Positions 18,415 to 29,365 are shown, counted from the stretch's first letter. The stretch: 64,000 nt of DNA from Sulfolobales archaeon (GCA_038841535.1 JAWBTQ010000004.1:32001-96000), one strand, 5' to 3'. Notes: generated by a model not told the origin, from the sequence alone. Translations and numbers: made by a program.

Positions 18415-20265
18415 CTACTTCGGGAGGTAGTTTAGTGTAGGCCTCTTACTTAAATACAGGGGAGTTGCTTGAGGTATCTGGGGATAAGAGCCGACATCTT
18501 TCTTGATGACTTCGACTAGTTCTTCTAACTTCATAGCTTTCTGCGTCCCTCCCTCTCTGATTCTCACATTAACTGTTTTTGTACTGTATTCTCTCTCACC
18601 AACTACTACACAGTATGGAATCCACTCTACTCCAGCTTCTCTTATTTTCTTTGCGAGACTGAGATCTCTATCGTCTAGGTCTGCTCTTATTCCGCAACCT
18701 ACAAGGTAGTTTAATACATCCCTTGCGTAATCCAAGTACTTCTGGGATACAGGGATTATTCTCGCTTGGATGGGAGCTAACCAGGTAGGAATTATTGGGA
18801 CTTGCCCACGCTTCTTTCTGAATATAGCCGTATCTATAACGGCGTAGATGTATCTCTCAATAGAGCCTATAATAGCCGTGTGAATTATTATTGGGTAGCT
18901 CTCCTCTCCGTTTTCGTTAACGTACTTAATGCCGAACCTCTTGGCGTTACCTACGTCGATCTGGAAAGTAGCGATCTCGGCGGGCTTACCCAAAGTGTCT
19001 ATGATGATGTACTCAACATTTACAACCCAATAATACATGCCTGAGGGTAGTATGGCTACTAGGGCAGCTCTACCATCACCCCTAACGAGCTTAACTAAGT
19101 CATCAAAGTGTTCTCTATAGAAATCCTCCGTCACGTTATAGAGAGCGACATACCTACGTCCGAGCCTCCCCATCTCTTCGTGTATCTTTCTTTGAACTAG
19201 CTCACTAAGTTCTAAGGCTTCCTGAATATCTTTCGCGAATATGTGGAGATCAGGCATTGAGAATTTTCTCAACCTAAAGCATATCTGTAGTTCACCTGGT
19301 TGTTCGTATCTATAGCTATCAGCTACTTCGAAGACGCCGAAAGGCATATCTCTATAGCTGATTATCCAGTCCTTAACCATTGCGAACTGTTGGTGGCAGG
19401 CAGCATATCTGAGTACGTGAGTACCTCTGTCAGTTTCAACTTCGTACAGCCTATCTCCAAAGAGCTCGGCGTGTTCCTTTATCGGCTTGAACCTAGTGTT
19501 GAACATGTTAGTGCCTCTAACCCTCATCAAGGGTATGCCGAGAGACTTCGCAACTTCCCAAGCATAATTCGAAACAGCTTCTACCATGACCGTAGCGTGC
19601 GGCCCATACCTCATGTGACCGGCATCGGACATAGGTTCCCACTCGAATCCAAACCTATTGCAGGCCTCAGAAACCTCAGGCTCACCCCCGGGAAGCTCCT
19701 TCTTGAAGACCTCCTTCGATATGAGGATCTTAAGTTCCTGATCTTCTCCATTACTTAGGTAACTCCCAGGATCGACTACTTCACCGGTAGGCAGTAAAAC
19801 AACGTACCTTTTCTCGACAGTCTTAGCCTTTCTAACTTCTTCAGCTTTAAACTCTCGTGAGAGCTCTGACAGTGGATGTCCAAAGCACTCGAGTTTAAAT
19901 TCTTTGTACCAGCCGAAAGGAGCTCTATAAACTTTAATACCTCTGCTCCCTAACTCCGCCTCCAGCTCGGAGAGCAGCAGTAGGGATTCCTCAGGATCTG
20001 CCAGATTCTTGGATAGGTGGGCGTACGGATAGAGAACGACTGTGTCAGCCCTAACGCTAGTGAAGACCTTAACTACATCATCAGCCGCACTTCTTACTAG
20101 AGCGTGAAGAGCAGAGCCATCACCTCTCTCAACTGTAATAAAAACTACTAAGGCATTAGAGAACTTTCCAGAAGAGTTCTCAGTTGTTAGGGGTTCCGCA
20201 GTATCTATAGCTTTCTCTAAGGCATTGTACTCAAAGTTCCTAGCGTGTATGAGTAGAGTTCTCAT
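18415..20265 (-). CDS. thrS: Threonine--tRNA ligase (archaeal type, editing domain fused)
   Basis: MRTLLIH...YPYAHLS...APFGWYK editing domain; LRYAAC, SYRYEQ, PTWLAPIQ. Confidence 0.96.
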   Translation of the reverse strand: MRTLLIHARNFEYNALEKAIDTAEPLTTENSSGKFSNALVVFITVERGDGSALHALVRSAADDVVKVFTSVRADTVVLYPYAHLSKNLADPEESLLLLSELEAELGSRGIKVYRAPFGWYKEFKLECFGHPLSELSREFKAEEVRKAKTVEKRYVVLLPTGEVVDPGSYLSNGEDQELKILISKEVFKKELPGGEPEVSEACNRFGFEWEPMSDAGHMRYGPHATVMVEAVSNYAWEVAKSLGIPLMRVRGTNMFNTRFKPIKEHAELFGDRLYEVETDRGTHVLRYAACHQQFAMVKDWIISYRDMPFGVFEVADSYRYEQPGELQICFRLRKFSMPDLHIFAKDIQEALELSELVQRKIHEEMGRLGRRYVALYNVTEDFYREHFDDLVKLVRGDGRAALVAILPSGMYYWVVNVEYIIIDTLGKPAEIATFQIDVGNAKRFGIKYVNENGEESYPIIIHTAIIGSIERYIYAVIDTAIFRKKRGQVPIIPTWLAPIQARIIPVSQKYLDYARDVLNYLVGCGIRADLDDRDLSLAKKIREAGVEWIPYCVVVGEREYSTKTVNVRIREGGTQKAMKLEELVEVIKKDVGSYPQIPQATPLYLSKRPTLNYLPK

Positions 20266-20575
20266 GCTTGCCCGTAGAGAAAACTAAAACGATAAAATAA
20301 GGCTCTAATATAGCTCAAACCCCAGTTTATACTCTGGGTTGTTCCAAGTCAGCCTAGAGGTGCTTATCACTCCTTCAGGTAGTTCTCCTATGGGAACTAT
20401 AAGTCCCTGAAACCTAGGTTTGCTAATGGGTCACTAAACTGAATATTAAGATAGCTCGAAGGGGTTAATTTCATCGAGCTAGTAGGTAGCACCTCAGATT
20501 AAAGTACTTTAGAGTCGTTGAGAACTAAAGAAATCTCTAAACCGAAATACGCGGGCAACTTATAGTCCGCACTAA

Positions 20576-21811
20576 CTAAGTTCTTGAAATCACCATTTTC
20601 TCTGGGTCCAGCAGCTTAGTACTCAATAGGATTAGTACTATAGAGAACGCTAAAGAATAAGTTAAATACGCAACTGCTCTTAAAAGCTCTCCGAGCGATG
20701 TCCTGATGACCGCAGACGCTAGTGAGGCGTAAGGTATGGCTAGTAATATAGACATCGGCACTCTGAACTCGTCTAGGTTAACAAATAAAGAGGCTAGATA
20801 TGTTACTGAAGCTATCCCTATTACTGATGCGGATGAGATGCTTGCTGCCCTTATGGATGGAGACCTGAGGACTATAGGGAGGGATATAGAGAGAGACACA
20901 AGTATCGAGGTGTAGGAGGAACAGAAGAGCACTACTAGAACCTCTGGAGAGATATATTTAGCTACATTGGTTGAGTATACTACAGTTGGTGCTAAGTAAA
21001 GTAGTACAGCACCTACTACACTACTAACACCTCCGACTAAGCCGACTAAACTAGCAGCGAGAGACTTTCCTAGGATGAAAGATCTTCTGCTAATGGGTGT
21101 CGAGAGAAGCTTCTCAAGAGTTTTTCTCTCTTTTTCTCCAACTAGCGAGTCAGCTATATAGGACGCCGCTGGTGTTGTTACAAACGCTAGACTAACCGCC
21201 AGCATTCTACTCAAATAGAGGCGGAGCTCCTCCCCAGCTTCGGCAGGTCTTCCGGCAGGTGTTAGCACAACAGTCCTTAGAGCTATAGGGTTAAGAACGG
21301 CTTCTGTTTTTACAACTAAATTAGCTAGCCTCCCAAGGTTATAAATCTTAGCTTCCGAAACCGCTCTTGAGATGTGATTAAGCAACAGCTCTACGTAGGT
21401 AACAGCTTGATCGACCCTGGGCGAGCCAAGTCTTTTAACTAAAATTACGGATGCTTGGTGTTCGTAGCTAGTTAAGTTTGCTACAAAGCCCACCGGAATC
21501 TTGAGGATTACTTGGGCTACCTCGGTTTCCTCACTTGTAGTAAGAAAACCAAAGTGCGTTAGATAATCTCGCAAGAAGAGCGCTATGGATTGTGAGCTTA
21601 CACTAAAGTTACCTATAGACGCCTCAGATAGGTCTTCGTCTATTACGGCTATGACTACTTCCTGAACTGCTGGTAGATAAACGAGTACAACACCCATAAA
21701 CGGGAGGGTCACGATAGGTGTTAAAATGACCATTAGCAAGGTCTTTTTATCCCTAAGCATCTCCTTAACTTCTTTCCAGAGGACTATGCTGAGGTCACGC
21801 ATTTTCGCCAC
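20576..21811 (-). CDS. ABC-2 type permease (NatB-like)
   Basis: WKEVKEMLRDKKT, GEKERKTLEKLLSTPISR. Confidence 0.88.
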   Translation of the reverse strand: MAKMRDLSIVLWKEVKEMLRDKKTLLMVILTPIVTLPFMGVVLVYLPAVQEVVIAVIDEDLSEASIGNFSVSSQSIALFLRDYLTHFGFLTTSEETEVAQVILKIPVGFVANLTSYEHQASVILVKRLGSPRVDQAVTYVELLLNHISRAVSEAKIYNLGRLANLVVKTEAVLNPIALRTVVLTPAGRPAEAGEELRLYLSRMLAVSLAFVTTPAASYIADSLVGEKERKTLEKLLSTPISRRSFILGKSLAASLVGLVGGVSSVVGAVLLYLAPTVVYSTNVAKYISPEVLVVLFCSSYTSILVSLSISLPIVLRSPSIRAASISSASVIGIASVTYLASLFVNLDEFRVPMSILLAIPYASLASAVIRTSLGELLRAVAYLTYSLAFSIVLILLSTKLLDPEKMVISRT

Positions 21812-22556
21812 CGGCTAATTTAACGAATGCTTCTTCAAGATCTCCCGCTCCCGCATCGGCTAATATCTGCTCTATACTACCAACAGCAACGATTCTTCCG
21901 GAATGAATTAAGGCTACTCTATCACATAGCTTACTTACTTCAAACATGTTATGAGAAGAGAAGATTATGGTAGTACCAAACTCTTTGGCAAACTGCTTTA
22001 TTATCTCTCTAACGTATCTTGCCGAAACCACATCTAAGCCTACCGTTGGTTCGTCAAGTATAGCTAGGCGCGGTTTAACCATTAAGGTTGATGCTACAGC
22101 AACTCTTCTAGACATTCCCTTGCTATAGGTCTCAGCTTTTCTCTTTAAGTCTTGTTCGGAGATGCCGGCAATGGACACACCTAATCTCACGATTTCATCG
22201 ATGTTTTTCGAGCCGAAGTATGTCATCGCGAATAGCTTCATGTTCTCAGATCCAGTAAGCCTTCCGTAGAGATTTGCCTCCTCCGGAAGGTAACTTACGA
22301 ACCTTCTGATTTTATCCACATCCTTTGGTACTCTAAATCCAAAGACTTCGACCTCTCCAGCAGAAGGTTTTAACAGTCCTGCCACGATCCTGAGAAGGGT
22401 GGTCTTACCGGCACCGTTTGGACCAACGATGCCGAAGACCTCTCCTTCAGTTACCTCGAGGTTTATTCCACGTAAGACCTCTCTTTTCCCAAATGACTTA
22501 CGTAAGTTTAAAACTCTAACTACCACCGAGTTACTGAGTCTCAACAAGCTTCTCAC
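21795..22556 (-). CDS. ABC transporter ATP-binding protein (NatA-like)
   Basis: GPNGAGKTT, YSKGM, LDEPT, SSH. Confidence 0.92.
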   Translation of the reverse strand: MRSLLRLSNSVVVRVLNLRKSFGKREVLRGINLEVTEGEVFGIVGPNGAGKTTLLRIVAGLLKPSAGEVEVFGFRVPKDVDKIRRFVSYLPEEANLYGRLTGSENMKLFAMTYFGSKNIDEIVRLGVSIAGISEQDLKRKAETYSKGMSRRVAVASTLMVKPRLAILDEPTVGLDVVSARYVREIIKQFAKEFGTTIIFSSHNMFEVSKLCDRVALIHSGRIVAVGSIEQILADAGAGDLEEAFVKLAGGENA

Positions 22557-22788
22557 CCACTTTAATGACTTCTAGCGATAGGTAGGCTAACCTAATCAGG
22601 GAATTAAGTGTTGCCCTAAGTGCGGATTCATCTTCAGCGTCGATGATGATGGTGAGACAGCTTCCGAGCAGTTTTAGATAAACCTTAACATTCCTAAGAG
22701 TAATCTTGCTCTCAGGAATTAAAGCCCTCCAAATAGCTGTCGCCACATCCTCGGAACCAAGCTCGAGGTTTATCTCTGCTCTATGCAC
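22531..22788 (-). CDS. pcc1: KEOPS complex subunit Pcc1
   Basis: AL.PE...I.I.AED.SALRATLNS.IR. Confidence 0.82.
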   Translation of the reverse strand: MHRAEINLELGSEDVATAIWRALIPESKITLRNVKVYLKLLGSCLTIIIDAEDESALRATLNSLIRLAYLSLEVIKVGEKLVETQ

Positions 22789-22952
22789 TCACCACACACC
22801 AGAGAATAATTAGCGGAGAACTTATCAAGGCACGCTTTTGGTTTCTTCCGAGAAAGGCTTAAACGCAAAAGCCTAAAGCAACTGTTTTGGGTTTTGTGTT
22901 ATTTTATGTTGCTTGGTAGTTGCGTGGAGGTTACTCGATGGGAGATGAGAGC

Positions 22953-23040
22953 CTCGTAGATGGGGTAAGGATTCTCCCCGCGGGTAAACCGAGATTTGGA
23001 GGTCTCGGGCATCCCGAGCGCATATCAAAGTTGAACCTCC
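22953..23040 (+). mobile_element. Shortest IS200/IS605-derived element, copy C
   Basis: 27/35 nt identical to copy B around AACCGAG.T.TGGAGGTCTC; ends ATATCAAAGTTGAACCTCC like copies A and B; internal hairpin CCGAGAT..GGTCTCGG. Confidence 0.5.
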
Positions 23041-23075
23041 TACTGAGAGCGGGCAGCGCATCGCTCAAGAGCGAG

Positions 23076-23534
23076 CTACTTAGTTTCGCTTAATATTTTT
23101 TTAACGGCTCTCAGGATGTTTATATATCCTGTACACCTACATATATTCCCGATTAAAGCTCTCTTAACATCCTCTATGTTTCTTATCCCTTTGGTGATAG
23201 CGGCATATATTGTAGTGAGAAAGCCGGGAGTACAATAACCGCACTGAATAGCTCCTTCCTCAAGCATGGCGTCTATGATTATCTTGCCTACATGTGTTTG
23301 AGCTATATAGTCTGGTGTGACGACCTCGTAACCGTCAACTTTGGCAGCTAATACCAAGCAGGAAGTTACTGGTTTACCGTTCAAGAGTACGGTACATGAA
23401 CCGCACTCACCAACGCCACAACCATACTTTACGCTCTTTACCTTCAGCTTGTCCCTTAAGACATTTAAAAGAGTCTCGTGAGGCTCTACTTCTACTTCAG
23501 TGACTACCCCGTTTAGTCTAAACTTGATCTTCAT
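23076..23534 (-). CDS. Mo-hydroxylase small subunit, 2x[2Fe-2S] (CoxS/XdhC-like)
   Basis: GCGVGECGSCTV, QCGYCTPG, GNICRCTGY. Confidence 0.93.
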   Translation of the reverse strand: MKIKFRLNGVVTEVEVEPHETLLNVLRDKLKVKSVKYGCGVGECGSCTVLLNGKPVTSCLVLAAKVDGYEVVTPDYIAQTHVGKIIIDAMLEEGAIQCGYCTPGFLTTIYAAITKGIRNIEDVKRALIGNICRCTGYINILRAVKKILSETK

Positions 23535-24436
23535 TATTTGTCACCTGCTTGGAGGAATCTCTCATAGGCTTTCCATATAGCGTCTCTAACAAGGATTTTC
23601 GCTACACGGGACCTGTACCAAGCAGTTGACCTAACGTCGTCTATCGGAGCTATCTCGCTTACTACGAGCTCAGAGGCTCGGACGGTAGCTTTCTCCAAGC
23701 TCAAACCGGTAATAGACTTCTCCGTATTCCTCGCCCTTACTGGTGTGGGAGCTACAGAACCAAGAGCTATCCTTACTTCAGATACGATGCCGTCCTCAGC
23801 TCTAAGGAGGACGGCGACACTAACTTTAGCTAAATCGAAAGATGTTCTTCCAATTTTGGCATAACTCCAGCCAAACTTTTGCTGACTTAGAGGTACTTTT
23901 ATCGAGCGAAGTATTTCTCTGCGTTCGAGAACAGTCTTTTTTGGTCCAGTAAAGAACTTCTCTATTGAAACCATTCTGGGACCGTTGAGTGATGCTAACT
24001 CAAGTTCAGCATCGTATGTAAGTAGAGGAGGTACCGAGTCAGCAGCAGGGGATGCGTTGCATATGTTTCCACCTATGGTAGCGAGGTTTCTAATCTGCCA
24101 GGACCCGATCGATTCTACTGCTTCAACTAGTAGAGGCAGAGATTTCTTAACGATCTCGCTCTCCACTAATTCCTGCATAGTTACCGCACTACCAATCTCG
24201 ATGTAGTTACTGTCTGTTCTAATAAACCTCAGCTCACTAAGCTCCGATACATCAATCAATGCCTTTGGCACTACTCTTCTATACTTTAAGTCTACTACGA
24301 GGTCCGTACCACCAGCCACTATCTTAGCGTCCTCGATACTGTTGAGAAGCTCGAGGGCTTCACGAAGATCTCTGGGCTTGTAGTATTCAAACTTTTGTGG
24401 AATCCTATAAGTGTTCACTGAGTTTATTGCGAGCAT
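23534..24436 (-). CDS. Mo-hydroxylase FAD subunit (CoxM/XdhB-like)
   Basis: AGGTDL, QIRNLATIGGNICNASPAAD, PIDDVRSTAWYR. Confidence 0.93.
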   Translation of the reverse strand: MLAINSVNTYRIPQKFEYYKPRDLREALELLNSIEDAKIVAGGTDLVVDLKYRRVVPKALIDVSELSELRFIRTDSNYIEIGSAVTMQELVESEIVKKSLPLLVEAVESIGSWQIRNLATIGGNICNASPAADSVPPLLTYDAELELASLNGPRMVSIEKFFTGPKKTVLERREILRSIKVPLSQQKFGWSYAKIGRTSFDLAKVSVAVLLRAEDGIVSEVRIALGSVAPTPVRARNTEKSITGLSLEKATVRASELVVSEIAPIDDVRSTAWYRSRVAKILVRDAIWKAYERFLQAGDK

Positions 24437-26782
24437 CTAGTCACCTCCCTTGAGGGATTTAAGCACTTTTTCGGGAGTTATCGGAATCTCGTAGAACCTA
24501 ATGCCGATAGCATTATAGATGGCATTAGCAACAGCAGCGATTACCGGGTTCGACGCCGCCTCTCCAAGACCTTTAGCACCGAAAGGTCCGTAGGGCTCGT
24601 AGGTAGACGCAAAGACTACTTTAAAGCTCTCATCGCCCGGAAGGTCCATAATTGTGGGTAACTTGTAGTCGGATAGACTTAGCCTGTGTGCGGGCTCACC
24701 ATCTTCTAAGTAAACTACTTCGTCTCCTACGGCCCAGCTCCACCCTATAGCAAAGCCCCCGTGGATTTGACCAGCCGCTAACTCAGGGCTAATAACTGTA
24801 CCGATGTCGGCCCCAGCCGCAACTCTAACGGGTTTAATAATTCCGGTTTCAGTATCTACTTCCACTTCAACGAAATACACTGTAAAGCTGGGTGGAGCGA
24901 CAGTCGCTCTGTAGCTCACCGAAGCTGATATAGAGCCCCAATTCCTTTGCCAAGCGATTCTAGCTACCTCACTCAAGGAAATTCTCTTCTCTGGAGCCCC
25001 TTCGACAAATATAACGGCGTCGTTTAATTCCTTATCGTACTGGATCCTCAAGGCTTCTGGGCTAACAGCATCTAGTATTCTGGCAGCATATTCCAGAATC
25101 TTCTTTTTTACCTCTGAAGCCGCTCTCCTGGCAGCCTCACCACCAGCAAAAACTCCTCTAGAGGCGTGTGTGCACACGTCGTAAACGGTTGTCGAGCTGC
25201 CGGACCACACTATTCTTATCTTACTTGGTGGAATCTTCAGTTCCTCAGCAATGATCTTGGCGTGGGCATCTAGAGTACCACCACCATGATCCTGGAGAGC
25301 GGTTATGTAGTCGATCGTCCCGTCCTCGTTTACCTTAACTATCGCGCCTGTGTAATCTATAACGGCACCCGAGAGAGGGCCTCCGGCTCCTGAAGTATGA
25401 AAACCCCTTCCAACGCCGATGCCTCTTCTATACCTACCGGTCTTTTCTTTTGGGTTTCCCCTATTTTTCCAGCCTATGAGCTCTGAGCATTTACTTAATA
25501 GCTCTGGGACTCCGTCGCTTCTAATGATAGACCTAACTGTAGGACCTTGACCCCAGAAGATCTCGCCCTTCCCTCTATAGTTTACCAACCTGAAATCAAG
25601 AGGGTCGATTCTCAGTTCTTCAGCTATCTCATCTATTACCGTCTCGACCGCCCAAGTGATTTCTGGGGCACCATAGCCACGTATGGCACAGGAAGGTACC
25701 TTATTTGTGTAAACTGCCTTACCGTGATACCTCAATGCCTTCCACTTATACAGTGAGACGAACCAGCCCAAGCTAGCACCGAGGAGTGGATAAGCTTGTA
25801 TTTGATGAGCACCTATATCAACGATATTCTCTAGCTCTCCAAATGTGATAATACCCTCGCGAGTAGCTCCAGCTCTAACCTTCATATAGAACTCGTAGCT
25901 TGTGTGGTCGTGAACCATGTCTTCTTCTCGGGTTAGTACTAACTTCACCGGCTTTCGGGATTTAAGGCATAAGCTAACAGCTATCAAAGTAACTAGGTTT
26001 GTGTGTATGCTAGACCCGAAACCTCCCCCTATAGGAATCTTTCTTACCTCTAACTTATTCATGGGTATTCCATAGACTTGCGAGATCAGTATCTTAGTGT
26101 TGTGAATAGTTTGTGTCGTAGTCCACACAGTTAGAGACCCGTCTGCCTCTATCTTACAGACAGCTCCCTTGGGCTCCAGCTGCGCGTGATATCTCCTGGA
26201 TGCGTGGAACTTTCTCTCTATAACGACGTTGGATTTTCCTTCTTCCGTTTCTAGGTCACCCTCGGAGTACTTAATTTCAGCAGCAACGTTGTTTCTTACT
26301 TCTATCCACTGCCTTCCTCTCTGAATTCTGTCGTGAATAAGCCTAGTGCCCGGGGACATAGCCCCAAACGGGTCTAGCATGGGTTCGCAGACTTCTTCGA
26401 ACTCCACTCTTAAAGCCTCGAGAGCTTTCTGAGCTGAGTCTTCTGTAGCAGCAGCTACAGCGGCTATTGGTTCGCCGACGTACCGGGGTTCTCTTGTCAG
26501 GATTCTCCAGTCTTTAAATGTGTCCTCTTCCACGCTAACAAGCCTGGGATTAAACAGCACGTCAGGAACGTCTTCCGGGGTTAAAACTACAGCACCCATG
26601 GCCTCTGCTAGAGAGCTATCAATTCTTCTAACTCTAGCGAATGCGTGAGGACTCTTGAGTATTCTCCCGTAGAGCATGCCAGGGATCTCTATGTCGAAGG
26701 TGTACTCAACAAGCCCAGACGCCTTAGCGAAGCCGTCATGGCGTGGTAGACTTTTTCCTATAAATTCATACACTAACTCCAC
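24437..26782 (-). CDS. Xanthine dehydrogenase family molybdopterin-binding subunit
   Basis: HAQLEP, GGGFG, RGYG, HASR, GAKGLGE. Confidence 0.93.
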   Translation of the reverse strand: MELVYEFIGKSLPRHDGFAKASGLVEYTFDIEIPGMLYGRILKSPHAFARVRRIDSSLAEAMGAVVLTPEDVPDVLFNPRLVSVEEDTFKDWRILTREPRYVGEPIAAVAAATEDSAQKALEALRVEFEEVCEPMLDPFGAMSPGTRLIHDRIQRGRQWIEVRNNVAAEIKYSEGDLETEEGKSNVVIERKFHASRRYHAQLEPKGAVCKIEADGSLTVWTTTQTIHNTKILISQVYGIPMNKLEVRKIPIGGGFGSSIHTNLVTLIAVSLCLKSRKPVKLVLTREEDMVHDHTSYEFYMKVRAGATREGIITFGELENIVDIGAHQIQAYPLLGASLGWFVSLYKWKALRYHGKAVYTNKVPSCAIRGYGAPEITWAVETVIDEIAEELRIDPLDFRLVNYRGKGEIFWGQGPTVRSIIRSDGVPELLSKCSELIGWKNRGNPKEKTGRYRRGIGVGRGFHTSGAGGPLSGAVIDYTGAIVKVNEDGTIDYITALQDHGGGTLDAHAKIIAEELKIPPSKIRIVWSGSSTTVYDVCTHASRGVFAGGEAARRAASEVKKKILEYAARILDAVSPEALRIQYDKELNDAVIFVEGAPEKRISLSEVARIAWQRNWGSISASVSYRATVAPPSFTVYFVEVEVDTETGIIKPVRVAAGADIGTVISPELAAGQIHGGFAIGWSWAVGDEVVYLEDGEPAHRLSLSDYKLPTIMDLPGDESFKVVFASTYEPYGPFGAKGLGEAASNPVIAAVANAIYNAIGIRFYEIPITPEKVLKSLKGGD

Positions 26783-26862
26783 CTGCAGGTTACTAGTACC
26801 TTTAGATAAAAGCTGAAGCTAATATTTGGTATGTACCTATTAAGTTTCGGAGATGATGGGAT

Positions 26863-28209
26863 ATGGGGGTTTTACTTAGAGGCGGTGCTTTAGTATTTAG
26901 AGACGCTCTCATCGAGGCGGATATCCTAATAGAAGACGGTAAGATATCAAGAGTTGGAAGATCTGTTGACTCAGGTTACTCTAAAACCGTAGATTTGCGG
27001 GGTAAGCTCATAATGCCTGGAGCCGTCGACCCTCACGTACATGGTAGAGAGCCCGGATTAGAGTACAAAGACGATTTTCTTCATACCTCCAAAGCGGCTC
27101 TTCTTGGAGGAGTAACTACAGTACTCGAAATGCCCAACACCATTCCTCCGGTAGACAGTCCCATTAAGCTTTTTGAAAAGAAGTCTGTCTTATCAAACAG
27201 GTCTTACGTAGATTTCGGTCTTTACGCAGTACTATACGACTACGCTGACGACATAGATCGCCTAGGCTCGAGGATGGTGGAGTTAGTTGAGAGTGGTGCC
27301 ATAGCATTCAAAGCGTTTATGGCTCAAACTACTGGGAACCTTCCCCCACCTAGCTTCATGACCGTTCATACAGCACTAGAGCTCTCCAAGAAGCTAGGCT
27401 ACACTGTGGTCTTTCATGCTGAAGACCGAGGCTGTGTCGAGTTCTTCACGTCTAAGGTAAGGAAGGAGGGAAAAGGGGGTCTTCGAGCATACAGTGAAGC
27501 CAGGCCCCCGCTATGCGAGGAGTTAAGTATAGGGTACATAGCGTCTATAGCTGAAGCAACCGGTGGAAGAGCCTACATAGCTCATCTTAGTACCGCCTCA
27601 GCCTTAGGAATTATAGACAAGTATAGGAAGGCTTTGACCAGCATCAACGTTGAAGTAACACCAACATATCTGTTCTTCGACTACGAAGAGCACGAAAGTC
27701 TTGGTACACTGGTTAAAGTGAATCCACCAATAAGAAGCCATAAGAATAGAGCGAAACTTTGGGCAGCCCTAGCTAGAGGACTAATTGACGTTATAGCATC
27801 GGATCACGCACCACACGCTGAGCACGAAAAGAAGACCGACTTCTGGGAAGCAGCAGCTGGGGTGGCATCAGTACAACACCTAGTTCCCCTCATGTTGGCA
27901 TCAGCTCTAGACGGGCTCATACCTCTAGGTAAAGTAGTTGAGCTATGTTCGGAAAACCCAGCTAAAATATTCGGTCTCTATCCTATGAAGGGCTCGCTAC
28001 TACCCGGAGCGGACGCAGACATGGTCGTAATAGACCCATCAGTTGAGTACGCAATTGCGAGGGAGTCTCTAGCCTATAAAAACAAGCTTACTCCCTACAT
28101 AGGGAGGAGGCTCAGGGGGCGTATAGATAAAGTATTTCTAAGAGGAGAGCTTGTAGTAGACGGAGGCAGCGTTTTAGTAGAAAAACCTACTGGTAGGGCT
28201 CTAAAGTAA
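26863..28209 (+). CDS. Dihydroorotase/allantoinase family cyclic amidohydrolase
   Basis: DPHVHGREPG, EMPNT, FHAE, KVNPPIR, SDHAPH. Confidence 0.88.
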   Translation: MGVLLRGGALVFRDALIEADILIEDGKISRVGRSVDSGYSKTVDLRGKLIMPGAVDPHVHGREPGLEYKDDFLHTSKAALLGGVTTVLEMPNTIPPVDSPIKLFEKKSVLSNRSYVDFGLYAVLYDYADDIDRLGSRMVELVESGAIAFKAFMAQTTGNLPPPSFMTVHTALELSKKLGYTVVFHAEDRGCVEFFTSKVRKEGKGGLRAYSEARPPLCEELSIGYIASIAEATGGRAYIAHLSTASALGIIDKYRKALTSINVEVTPTYLFFDYEEHESLGTLVKVNPPIRSHKNRAKLWAALARGLIDVIASDHAPHAEHEKKTDFWEAAAGVASVQHLVPLMLASALDGLIPLGKVVELCSENPAKIFGLYPMKGSLLPGADADMVVIDPSVEYAIARESLAYKNKLTPYIGRRLRGRIDKVFLRGELVVDGGSVLVEKPTGRALK

Positions 28210-28416
28210 TAGCTAGCTCGGCAAGTAAAATCAACGAATCGTATAAGTCATTACCATCCTTAAATCCCTGGAGTACTCGTTGTTATATGTTTCGTACAAT
28301 TTGTCGGATCCTCCATACTCTTTATCGATAGGATCATCTACGCGTACAGACACCTAGTTTAAGACCTAAGAAAGCCCTGTTTTACTTAATCTTATTTTCT
28401 TAGCAATAATTAATTA

Positions 28417-29289
28417 ATGGGTTCGGTAGATTTGGAGGATGTTGTACTTGTATCAACAATAATGGAGTACCTAAAGAAAGGGATGAAGGTTGCTCTTTGT
28501 GAGGTAGTATATAAAGAGGGTTCGGCTCCTAGAGATGTAGGAGCTAAGATAGTCGTCGGTGAAGATGGGCTTAAAGTAGGGACGATTGGTGGTGGTTTAT
28601 TTGAATCTGAGCTTGTATCAGACGCTCTCAAAGCTATTGCGGAGGGTAGGTCGAGGTTGGTGAAGTACTCGTTTACTGGTAAAGCTGTTGAAGGAGCGAA
28701 AGACACCGGTCTATTGTGTGGTGGGGTTCTCTGGGTCTTTATAGATGTTTTTGCGCCACCTCAGAGAGCTCTAGTTATTGGCCTAGGAAATGTTGGTAGA
28801 CCCCTATCCCACATCTTGAAGCTAATGGGTTTCGAAGTTCACGCTTTAGATACAGATAAAGAAACAGAGAGAATAGCCGGGGATTTGGGTTTGTCGTCCG
28901 TCTTCGTGGGAACTATAGAGGGAATAGCTAGTAGGATACGCGAGATCACTAAAAGAGGAGATCAGGTATTCGTAGTGTATGGAGACGTACACGCAGACTA
29001 CGTGTTTGTCAAAGAATCACTTAAAACAGAGGCAAGTACCATCTGGCTACTAGGTAGCAGAAGGAAGGTAGCCGAATTCGTTAAGAAACTAATTTCGGAG
29101 GGGTTTAGTTCCGAGGACTTAATCAGGAGATTAAGAGCTCCAATAGGTATAGATATAGGAGCTGATACTCCAGAAGAAGTAGCTATAAGCGTAGCAGCCG
29201 AGCTCGTGGCCCTGAGGCGAGGTGCTAACGCTAGGAGCCTAAACGCAGTGCCTCAGCTAGTAGCAGAACTCACGAGAAGTAGCACTTAG
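28417..29289 (+). CDS. xdhC: XdhC/CoxI family Moco insertion chaperone
   Basis: GSAPR..GAK, GTIGGG, CGG, LGSRRK, PIGIDIGADTPEEVA. Confidence 0.9.
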   Translation: MGSVDLEDVVLVSTIMEYLKKGMKVALCEVVYKEGSAPRDVGAKIVVGEDGLKVGTIGGGLFESELVSDALKAIAEGRSRLVKYSFTGKAVEGAKDTGLLCGGVLWVFIDVFAPPQRALVIGLGNVGRPLSHILKLMGFEVHALDTDKETERIAGDLGLSSVFVGTIEGIASRIREITKRGDQVFVVYGDVHADYVFVKESLKTEASTIWLLGSRRKVAEFVKKLISEGFSSEDLIRRLRAPIGIDIGADTPEEVAISVAAELVALRRGANARSLNAVPQLVAELTRSST

Positions 29290-29365
29290 CTCGTACTTTT
29301 ATCGTTTGAGTAAACCTCAACTTAATTAGGCACTTTACTAAGTATATTAATGGATAGAGAACATA

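Noticed and set aside
20455-20480. Reverse-strand CGATGAAATTAACCCCT resembling element B or the right end
   Set aside because: Short and AT-rich with no flanking homology.
22873-23061. 62-aa minus-strand ORF
   Set aside because: Antisense to element C; no coding signals.
23076-26782. Aerobic CO dehydrogenase (coxLMS)
   Set aside because: The large subunit lacks the VAYRCSFR signature.
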